Under the pieces are notes generated by a model that did not search any database, had not been told where the DNA came from, and saw only the letters and a program-made list of their open reading frames with translations. A DNA stretch of 39,558 nucleotides from an uncultured archaeon (GTDB lineage Archaea > Asgardarchaeota > Lokiarchaeia > Sigyniarchaeales > SOKP01). Below are positions 9,985 to 17,874 of the stretch, piece by piece. The stretch covers positions 1 to 39,558 of the forward strand of contig CAZGJX010000028.1 in assembly GCA_964525635.1 (NCBI GenBank). Direction: 5' to 3'. Numbering within the stretch: position 1 is the first letter of the stretch; each line of letters opens with the position of its first letter. The position numbers were made by a program, and so were the translations under genes.

Positions 9985-10257
9985 TGTTGCCTAAAACACT
10001 AACACAAAATTCTCATTCTAAGGGGATACCTTAAAATCAAATTTGTTCTCTCGTGCTAGGCGTTAACTTCTATGCTTTAAGGGACATAATCTTTCTGCTG
10101 TCTGGGTACTGCCCTAATCTCATCGTACGGAACCATCCTTTTACTTGACTAAGAGCCCATTTGCCAGCAGTGTAAGTTATCGATTATAAAAACTCCAGAT
10201 GTCTGCGTTTCTTTGCACATATAATCATTTGATATCATATATGTCCTCGATAACGCA
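9985..10257 (-). ncRNA. Putative multi-hairpin box H/ACA pseudouridylation guide RNA (or cluster of three)
   Basis: H1 10257-10200: UGCGUU/AACGCA lower stem, pocket AUCGAGG / GCAAAG(A), ACAUAUA/UAUAUGU upper stem, UGA-UAUCAAA-UGA K-loop, ACA 14 nt after the pocket top. H2 10170-10092: CUGCUG/CAGCAG stem followed by AAA. H3 10061-9985: GCCUAG/UUAGGC stem, UGA...AUGAG K-turn-like motif, ACA. Locally GC-richer than flanks, no ORF. Confidence 0.8.
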
Positions 10258-10302
10258 TATATTCCATCATTATTTTCCCAATTTAATTATATAATTGAGA
10301 GA

Positions 10303-10316
10303 TTATAAATGTTTTT
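10303..10316 (-). promoter_or_regulatory. Candidate BRE-TATA promoter for the ncRNA
   Basis: Minus-strand AAAAAC-A-TTTATAA, about 45 nt upstream of hairpin 1. The AT-rich background lowers specificity. Confidence 0.45.
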
Positions 10317-10413
10317 ATACTAATTCATCTAATAGTAAAAAGAGTCTTATTTTTCTCAAAATTAGAACATTTTAGAAAGAATATCTCATAATATAAAAAA
10401 GAAAAAAAAAAAT

Positions 10414-10998
10414 TTACATATAATAATATAGTGTATTCCAAATACCTGATGTAAAAACAAACATAATTATGAAAAATACAATACCTGCGATATTAGCAAT
10501 AATTCCAAATATGCTAAGTACACTTCCTATTTTCTCAGGTGTATTTTGAGCTTCTGTTAATCTTGCTCTGTTGCTATTTAATCTACTTGAAATACCAAAA
10601 ATTAGTCCAACAATATAAAAGATAATAATAGGCAATGTTTGAGGTATAAAAAAGCGACTTGTATTATAATTAATAATTCTTATGAAAAATCCAAAAAAAC
10701 CAAGAATTAATCCAGCAGCAGCAAGACCAAGGGATACTATTGAAAATGCTAAACATTTCTTAGAATGGGATCCAGTCCCCATATTTGTCATAATTGGTTT
10801 TTGGGAAGGAATCGCAGAATTGAGATAGCTATTCGAGGGTTGTTTATTAACTATATAAGGATTTTGATAATTAATATTAGTTTTTTGAGCTTGACCTTGA
10901 AAATCATTTTGAATTTTGCTTCCACATAATGGACAAAATTTTGTATTAATATCTTCTATATTTTCACCACAATTTGAGCAAAACATTGTTATATTCAT
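10414..10998 (-). CDS. Zinc-ribbon domain membrane protein
   Basis: FCSNCG..FCPLCG, Q/N/P-rich linker, three hydrophobic helices. Confidence 0.8.
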   Translation of the reverse strand: MNITMFCSNCGENIEDINTKFCPLCGSKIQNDFQGQAQKTNINYQNPYIVNKQPSNSYLNSAIPSQKPIMTNMGTGSHSKKCLAFSIVSLGLAAAGLILGFFGFFIRIINYNTSRFFIPQTLPIIIFYIVGLIFGISSRLNSNRARLTEAQNTPEKIGSVLSIFGIIANIAGIVFFIIMFVFTSGIWNTLYYYM

Positions 10999-11173
10999 CC
11001 TCTTAATAAAATAATTAGATTTACATAAATAGAATGAATATGAATATATTAATTTTTTTTATAGTCCAATTTTCAATTTATTTATATATTTAATACTAAA
11101 TTATAAGTTGATAATTTACTAAAATCAATAATTTAATAGATTAGATTTAAAAAAAGGAAATTAAATGATATAA

Positions 11174-11650
11174 TTATCTCTTTTTTATTTTCTTATTTAA
11201 TTTTGATTCTAATCTTGAAATCAAGCTAGATAAACAATCAAATAATATTATTCTAATTTGTTCATGTGCTAAGTAAACTTCAATGTTATCATTATAATGA
11301 TCATCATTTGTATAAAATGCTTTATATACATTTTTTGTTTTTAAAATTTGATGAGAGGTTTCAACAATAAAAGCATATACCAATTCGCTCTTATATTCTT
11401 TTTTCATAATTAATGAAAGCATAACCATCTCTTTTCCTCCTCGTGCCCATTCTGAAGGGATTTCTATATATAAATTAATAATTTTTTTTTTTTTATTGAT
11501 TAATACTATCTCAAAAAAGGTTTCATTTATTTCTAAATCGAAGAATTTTATAAGTTTATATATTATATCTTCTTCAATTTTTGCATCGGGAAAGGATAAA
11601 AAGATACTTGGGCCCTTCAATCTATCAAAGTAGGTTAAAACTAGATGCAT
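11174..11650 (-). CDS. Hypothetical protein, probable longin/uDENN-like fold
   Basis: N-terminal LVLTYFDRLKGPSIF..P strand-turn-strand and IPSEWARGGKEMVMLSLI. Confidence 0.5.
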   Translation of the reverse strand: MHLVLTYFDRLKGPSIFLSFPDAKIEEDIIYKLIKFFDLEINETFFEIVLINKKKKIINLYIEIPSEWARGGKEMVMLSLIMKKEYKSELVYAFIVETSHQILKTKNVYKAFYTNDDHYNDNIEVYLAHEQIRIILFDCLSSLISRLESKLNKKIKKR

Positions 11651-11789
11651 AATGATTAAATTGAGTAATATATTCTTAATTATCTATAAAAAAAATTCCT
11701 AAAATATTAATAAAAACAGAATATTATAAACTATTTTATTTCGTTAAAATCCTTGAGAAAATCCTCTAATTGAATTGGAATAATTCATT

Positions 11790-12512
11790 TTATTTTTTTA
11801 TTAAATTACTGATTTCATCATATGATCCTATTAAATCCTTAACTTTAGGATTATTCAATCCCTCTATGCAATTACCTTGAAAAATGGATTCACCATTATC
11901 CAAAACTAACATTTTATCTGCCCAATGTTGGACAAAAAATAAATTATGAGATGTAAATAAGATAGTCATTTTTTCTTCTTTCCGTAATTTCTCAATTATA
12001 ATTAAATGATTATATATTGATCTAAAATCCAAATTAGCAAAAGGTTCATCTAAAATTAATAATTTTGGTTTCATAACTAATAATCCTGCTAAAGAGGCTC
12101 TCTTTTTCTGTCCCCATGAAAGATTGAAAGGTGAATAGTTTTTATAATCTAATAGATCAACGGCTTCCAGTGCCCAATTAACTCTTTTTTTAATTTCCTC
12201 TTCTTTAAGTTTTAGGTTTCGCGCTCCAAAACCAACATCCTCTTCAATTGTAGGAGCAAATAATTGATCATCTGGATTTTGAAATAAAAAACCTATTTTC
12301 TTTCTTATTTCCCATAATTGATTTTTATTTCTAGTAAGGATATCATCGAATATTTTTATTGTACCAGAATTTGCTTTTAAAAGTCCTACTAATAATTTTA
12401 AAAGCGTTGTTTTTCCAGAACCATTATTGCCTACTAGGGCAAAGATAGAATTACTCTCAATTTTAAAAGAGAGATCTTTGATAGAAAAACTCGAATTATA
12501 GGAAAAATTCAA
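11790..12512 (-). CDS. cbiO: ECF transporter ATPase (CbiO/EcfA)
   Basis: GNNGSGKTT, FQNPDDQLFAPT, LSWGQKKR, ILDEP. The frame stays open upstream (ILSLEVTK), so the start may be a few codons earlier. Confidence 0.9.
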   Translation of the reverse strand: MNFSYNSSFSIKDLSFKIESNSIFALVGNNGSGKTTLLKLLVGLLKANSGTIKIFDDILTRNKNQLWEIRKKIGFLFQNPDDQLFAPTIEEDVGFGARNLKLKEEEIKKRVNWALEAVDLLDYKNYSPFNLSWGQKKRASLAGLLVMKPKLLILDEPFANLDFRSIYNHLIIIEKLRKEEKMTILFTSHNLFFVQHWADKMLVLDNGESIFQGNCIEGLNNPKVKDLIGSYDEISNLIKK

Positions 12513-12523
12513 TTTTGTTACTT

Positions 12524-13360
12524 CTAAAGATAAAATAAATTCATAACCCCCATATATATTTGTTTTAAATCAATAAAAAAGATATTAATTATCATTAAAG
12601 AGATGAATAATAATAAAACTGACACATCAATCATTTTAAATCCTCTTGGTGCGAAAGTAATCTTACCTGTAAAACCCCTCATTTTTAAACTCGCATATAT
12701 TCTTTCACTACGTTCCATATTTACTAATACACTCTTTCCCATAATAAAAGCATGAGTTTTTAATTTCACCCAATAAGATGTTATTTTTTTTCCTCTTAAT
12801 TCTTGAGCTTCCAGGATTTTCTTGTTTGAATTTGCTAAGATTGGAATATAATGCAGAAAAATAATTAAACTTCCAACAAAAATTGATGGTAATTTTAATT
12901 TGGTAAGTGCTTCTATAAAATCTGAATAGGTCAGAGTAGAAAAAAAAGACATAAAGACAAAAATAGATGTAAATATACGAAAAAATAGAAAAAAAGCTAA
13001 TTCTAAACCCTCTTGATAAAAATAAATAGGTATTCCTATATTGATTTGAAATAAAACGTTGTCTCCAATATATATAGGTAAAAAAATAACAATAAAAATT
13101 GTTAACAAGAGGATACTTTTTAATTTCGATAGAATTCTTAAAATTTTCAATCGAAAAAAAAACACAATAATGATAGTGAAAAATAAAATTGTAAATATAA
13201 GATATATATCTTCAACTATTAAAAATGGAATTACTAAAATGAAAGGAATTAAAAACCTGGTTAAAGGATGGAGTTTTGATAAAGATGTTGTTTCATGTTC
13301 ATATCTGAATGGTAGTATTGATTGCATATATACGGTGTCTTTATTATTATTATAAGGCAT
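12524..13360 (-). CDS. cbiQ: ECF transporter T component (CbiQ/EcfT)
   Basis: LSKLHPLTR, multiple TM helices, AQELRG and SLKMRGF X-R-G motifs. Confidence 0.9.
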   Translation of the reverse strand: MPYNNNKDTVYMQSILPFRYEHETTSLSKLHPLTRFLIPFILVIPFLIVEDIYLIFTILFFTIIIVFFFRLKILRILSKLKSILLLTIFIVIFLPIYIGDNVLFQINIGIPIYFYQEGLELAFFLFFRIFTSIFVFMSFFSTLTYSDFIEALTKLKLPSIFVGSLIIFLHYIPILANSNKKILEAQELRGKKITSYWVKLKTHAFIMGKSVLVNMERSERIYASLKMRGFTGKITFAPRGFKMIDVSVLLLFISLMIINIFFIDLKQIYMGVMNLFYL

Positions 13361-13492
13361 TATTTCTATTTTGAAATTATCATCAAAATAAAAAACTTTA
13401 CATTACAATATAATATATCTTATCGAAATTAATTATAGGTTATTATAATCTGTTATTTAGACTTTAATTGATTTTAGGTATTTTATTAGTTA

Positions 13493-13861
13493 TTATTTTT
13501 CAATTAAGATTTTTATATTAATATTACAAATTATATTAAACTCTTCTCCTGTTTCATTAAAGCAAAACTTATAATGCACATAATCTATTACATCATCAAA
13601 AGGATATTCCATAAGATATTTATTTATCTGATCAGAAAGCCATTTTGAATTATGGATTTTATATATACTATCATCTTCATAATCTACTTCACCAATTTAT
13701 TTAAAATTAAATGCAATAACTTCATTAAATGTTATTTGATTAATATTTCTATTATAATCTTTATATTCTAACAGAACATGTTGATTTTTATAAGAAATGA
13801 TTATATCGTTTGCATCTGCAGTTGTTGTTCCTAATTTTAACATTTCCATCCTTTCTGACAT
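13493..13861 (-). pseudogene. Hypothetical protein gene (123 codons) interrupted by one in-frame TAA
   Basis: ATG 13861 gives 54 codons (MSERMEMLKLGTTTADA..AFNFK), TAA at 13699-13697, then the same frame continues IGEVDYEDDSIYKIHNSKWL..HYKFCFNETG.. to TAA ending 13493. Confidence 0.7.
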
Positions 13862-14135
13862 TTTTAAATCCACTTTTTCAATATTTATAATATATTTTAA
13901 TGTGAAATAAATAAATGATATAAATATATCGAAAAGATGATTTTAGAAAATAAATTTAACTTCAATTCTTGATAATAAAAGTTTGGATAATTATCGATTT
14001 AAAATCAATTAAAAAAAGCAAGTTCATACTATTTTATAAAATTGTAAAATTCTTATAAATTATCATACTAGATCTTAAATAATTCATATTCTTAAATTAT
14101 AAATCAGAAATTAAAAAAAAAAAATTAAAAAAAAA

Positions 14136-14831
14136 ATGCATCTTCCTGATGGTTTGTTAGATCCAATATTAATTGGAGTATTATGGATTATTGCTGTTAT
14201 TTTTCTAATAATAAGTTATTTTAAAGTTGGAAATCTTTTTAAAAATGAAGATTCTGAAAAATATATTCCATATATTGGAGTATTGGCTGCTGTAGTGTTT
14301 GCATTTCAATTTGTTAATTATCCAATCCCTGGGGGCACTTCAGGACATTTAATAGGAGGTACATTAGTTGCTGTGATCTTGGGACCATGGGCTTCGGTTA
14401 TCATTCTATTTTTAGTTCTATTAGTTCAAACTTTATTTGGTGATGGTGGAATTACTGCCCTCGGTGCTAACACTTTTAATATGGGTATCATCTGTGGAAT
14501 TCTTGGTTTCTATATTGTGCTAGGATTAAAAAAATTATTGAGTAAAACAAGATTAGATAAAAAATATATAATTACCATTTCGACGAGTATTGGATCTTAT
14601 ATTGGTGTGGTTCTAGCAGCTTTAATCTGTGGGATTGAATTAGGAATCTCTGGTGTAATTCCAATTGAAGTTGCCATACCTGCTATGGTGTATTGGCATT
14701 TATTAATTGGTATAGGTGAAGCAGTGATTTCGGGTTTAATTGTATTTTATATATTAAAAACCAAACCAGATTTTATAACAATTGAAATTAGTTGGAGGTC
14801 TTTAGAGAATGACCAATTGGAAAAGGTATAA
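14136..14831 (+). CDS. cbiM: ECF Co/Ni substrate component CbiM/NikM
   Basis: N-terminal MHLPDG metal-binding motif, GGTSGHLIGG, FGDGGITALGAN, GIGEAVIS. Confidence 0.93.
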   Translation: MHLPDGLLDPILIGVLWIIAVIFLIISYFKVGNLFKNEDSEKYIPYIGVLAAVVFAFQFVNYPIPGGTSGHLIGGTLVAVILGPWASVIILFLVLLVQTLFGDGGITALGANTFNMGIICGILGFYIVLGLKKLLSKTRLDKKYIITISTSIGSYIGVVLAALICGIELGISGVIPIEVAIPAMVYWHLLIGIGEAVISGLIVFYILKTKPDFITIEISWRSLENDQLEKV

Positions 14832-15105
14832 ATGGCCTATTTTTACAATATTGGTTACTATCTTAGTTTTGATCCTTATGCTCACAATAGGATATTCGAT
14901 AGGAATTCTATCAGAAAACCCTGATGGATTAGAAAAAGTGTTAGAAACTGAAGGCGTTAGCGAGCCAGAATCTTTCTGGACTCCAATATTATCATGGATT
15001 GAAAATAATTACCTTGCGGGTATTTTAGGAATTGTTATAGTATTTTCTCTAATCGCTTCATTTTTCTATTTAAATGCATATCAGGAAAAAAAAAGAATAA
15101 AATAG
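14809..15105 (+). CDS. PDGLE-domain (NikN/CbiN-like) auxiliary membrane subunit
   Basis: Two TM helices flanking SENPDGLEKV. Overlaps cbiM. Confidence 0.88.
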   Translation: MTNWKRYKWPIFTILVTILVLILMLTIGYSIGILSENPDGLEKVLETEGVSEPESFWTPILSWIENNYLAGILGIVIVFSLIASFFYLNAYQEKKRIK

Positions 15106-15322
15106 CATCCTAAATTTCTCTTTTTTTATATATTTTTATTTTAATCATTCTAAATAAACTTAAGAATTAGCAAATCTTTTATAAATTATAAAATCGATAT
15201 TAAATTTGTAATTAGCGGTATTATTACATATATAATTGATTATCAGAAGAATTTTAAGTCAAATTTTATTTAATAAATTTGAAATCTATAATATTTCTAA
15301 TCGTTGAGAGAAGAGGATTAAT

Positions 15323-16270
15323 ATGGATATAATAAAAAAATTTGGATATTATGAATTAGCTGTTCTTTACATAGCAAAAATTAAAAAAAAATATCTTGAA
15401 TTTGTAGAATCAATTCCGCCTCCATATAAAAGAGAGGAGAAATGGGTACTTATTATCTCTACAATGTATGGTTGTCCAATCGGCTGTTCAATATGTGATG
15501 CTGGAAGTTATTTTAAAGGGAATATATCAACAGAAGATATGATTAGACAAATAGATTTTATGGTTTTAAATCATTATCCTGAAAAAATAATCCCTATAAG
15601 AAAATTTAAAATACAATTTGCCAGAATGGGTGATCCTGCCTTAAATCCAAATGTATTAGAAGTAATTAAACAACTTAAAACTCGATATATGGCTCCTGGA
15701 TTAATGTCTTGTATTTCTACTATTGCCCCTCTTAAAGGAACAGATTTTATGGAAGAATTAATCAAAATAAAACATAATCTTTATTTAAATGGAGATTTTC
15801 AGTTACAATTTTCTATTCACACTACAGATGAAAAAATCAGGAATAAAATTATACCTTATCCGAAATGGTCTTTAAAACAAATATCCGAATATGGAGAAAG
15901 GTTTCTAAATGGAAATGGCAGAAAAATAACTTTAAATTTTGCTGCTGAAAAAAATTATCCAATTGATGCGGAAAAAATCGCAGAATTATTTAATCCGAAA
16001 AAATTCTTAATAAAATTAACGCCATTAAATCCGACGGAAGCAGTAAAAATAAATGGTTTTCATTCTCTAATAAATCCAAATAATACTAATAATTTAAATG
16101 ATTTAATCCAGAATTTACAAGACTTAGGTTTTGCTACGATACTAAGTATTGGAGAATTAGAGGAAAATTTAATCGGAAGCAATTGTGGTCAGATTGCCTT
16201 AAAATACGAAAAAGGGACATATAATATAGAAGAATTTATGCCATTTCAACAATCAATTAAAAAAATTTAA
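15323..16270 (+). CDS. RlmN/Cfr-like radical SAM protein, function unknown
   Basis: STMYGCPIGCSICDAG (CxxxCxxC), RMGDP, LQFSIH, LNPT, C-terminal SNCGQ. Confidence 0.8.
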   Translation: MDIIKKFGYYELAVLYIAKIKKKYLEFVESIPPPYKREEKWVLIISTMYGCPIGCSICDAGSYFKGNISTEDMIRQIDFMVLNHYPEKIIPIRKFKIQFARMGDPALNPNVLEVIKQLKTRYMAPGLMSCISTIAPLKGTDFMEELIKIKHNLYLNGDFQLQFSIHTTDEKIRNKIIPYPKWSLKQISEYGERFLNGNGRKITLNFAAEKNYPIDAEKIAELFNPKKFLIKLTPLNPTEAVKINGFHSLINPNNTNNLNDLIQNLQDLGFATILSIGELEENLIGSNCGQIALKYEKGTYNIEEFMPFQQSIKKI

Positions 16271-16283
16271 TATATTTTTTAGA

Positions 16284-16973
16284 TTGCTTAAATATGTGAG
16301 TTCATTAAAAAAAAAAAAATATTTTACTATAAAAAATAGAGAAAAAAAGATTAAAAAATGGATAAAAATCTTAGATAACTTTATTTCTGGAAAGAAGGAA
16401 ATTAATTTTAATTTAAATAAAAGTGCTTTATTAATTATTGATATGCAGAATTATTTTTTAGATTCTTCATCTCATGCCTATCTTCCTTCTGGTGAAACAA
16501 TTATAAAACCAATTGAAAAACTTATAAATATTTTTCAAATAAATAATCGTCCTGTAATTTTTACTCAATATGGTAAGCTAAATAGTGATAATAACGACAC
16601 CATAATGGGTAGATGGTGGGGAGAAGAACTTAGTTTTGAAGATCCTTTATCAGAAATAATTCCTCCGTTTAAATTAAATGATGAAAATATAATAAAAAAA
16701 TCATCTTATGATGCTTTTATTGGTACAAACCTTCAAGAATTATTAGAAAAATTAAATGTTCATCAATTATTTATAACAGGGGTTGTTACTCATTTATGTT
16801 GTGAAACAACAGCTAGATCTGCCTTTTGTAGGGGATTTCAAGTATGGATGGTAATTGATTGTTTAGCAAGTCGGAATGAAGAATTACATTTATCTTCACT
16901 GAAAGCCGCTGCTCATGGTTTTGCCACCCCAATTATAAGTGATATTTTACTGGAGAAATTGAAACATGAATAG
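16284..16973 (+). CDS. Isochorismatase/cysteine hydrolase family protein
   Basis: Asp-Lys-Cys triad: LIIDMQNYF, IKKSSYDAF, GVVTHLCCETTAR. Start uncertain. Confidence 0.9.
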   Translation: MLKYVSSLKKKKYFTIKNREKKIKKWIKILDNFISGKKEINFNLNKSALLIIDMQNYFLDSSSHAYLPSGETIIKPIEKLINIFQINNRPVIFTQYGKLNSDNNDTIMGRWWGEELSFEDPLSEIIPPFKLNDENIIKKSSYDAFIGTNLQELLEKLNVHQLFITGVVTHLCCETTARSAFCRGFQVWMVIDCLASRNEELHLSSLKAAAHGFATPIISDILLEKLKHE

Positions 16974-17874
16974 AATTTTTTCGGAAGTTATTATAATAGG
17001 TGCAGGACCTGCTGGATGTGCAGCTGCAATCCAATTAAAACGTGCTGGACTAAATCCTTTAATATTTGAGAAAGATCAAGTTGGAGGATTAGCAAGGAAT
17101 GCAAATATGATTGAAAATTATTTAGGATTTCCAGATGGTATTACTGGTTTTAAATTTATAAGTTTATTAAGTGATCATTTGCATAAAATAAATGTTAGTT
17201 TGATAAAGGAAGAAATTATAAAAATTGAATGGAATAAAGAAAAAGAAAAGTTCATTATTAATTCCAATTCAAATCAATATAAATCTAAATTTTTAATATT
17301 AGCTACAGGAACCATTCCAAAAAGAATTTCAGTTCCAGGTGAAGATGAATTATATAATTTAAAATTGCTTTTCTATGAAGTAGCTAAAATTCAAAAAAAA
17401 AAAATAATAAATAAAAACATTGCTATAATTGGAGGTGGAGATGTAGCTTTTGATTATGCACTTCAACTAGAATCTTTAACCAACAAAATCTCTATCTATT
17501 TTAGAACTAATAATTCTCAATGTTTACCTTTACTTTTAAAGAGAGTAGAATTCAATAAGAAAATAAAGATTATCAAAAATAAAGAAGTTTCAAGATTATT
17601 ATGTAAAAAAATGGAAAATAATTCCACTTTAATAGAAATCAAATTTAATGATAAATCAAAATCTTATCATGATATAGTTATAATAGCAATTGGACGACTT
17701 ACAAATGCAAAATTAATAGAAAATAAGCAAAATATATGGAAGTCTAATAAAAAATTATTTTTAATTGGGGATCTTAAAAATAATTCTTATCGGCAAGTGA
17801 CAATTGCTGCGAGTGATGGATTGAAATCTGCAATGAAAATTATCAATTATAAAAAGGAATTGGATTTATATTAA
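16966..17874 (+). CDS. Thioredoxin-reductase-like FAD/NAD(P) oxidoreductase lacking CxxC
   Basis: IGAGPAG, IENYLGFP, ILATG, IIGGGDVAFDYA, IAIG, LIGD..YRQVTIAASDG. Confidence 0.87.
   Translation: MNRIFSEVIIIGAGPAGCAAAIQLKRAGLNPLIFEKDQVGGLARNANMIENYLGFPDGITGFKFISLLSDHLHKINVSLIKEEIIKIEWNKEKEKFIINSNSNQYKSKFLILATGTIPKRISVPGEDELYNLKLLFYEVAKIQKKKIINKNIAIIGGGDVAFDYALQLESLTNKISIYFRTNNSQCLPLLLKRVEFNKKIKIIKNKEVSRLLCKKMENNSTLIEIKFNDKSKSYHDIVIIAIGRLTNAKLIENKQNIWKSNKKLFLIGDLKNNSYRQVTIAASDGLKSAMKIINYKKELDLY

Noticed and set aside
9985-10257. RNase P RNA, SRP RNA or SECIS interpretation of the structured region
   Set aside because: No GAGGAAAGUCC-type RNase P P4 motif or SRP helix-8 motif on either strand. 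The UGA..GA motifs lack the SECIS helix length and apical AA, and the upstream gene has no in-frame UGA. The pocket, ACA spacing and rRNA match fit H/ACA better.
16307-16319. A13 run in the isochorismatase gene (and T13 at 33584-33596) as phase-variation or frameshift sites
   Set aside because: Frames are intact (poly-Lys) and homopolymers are abundant throughout the window.
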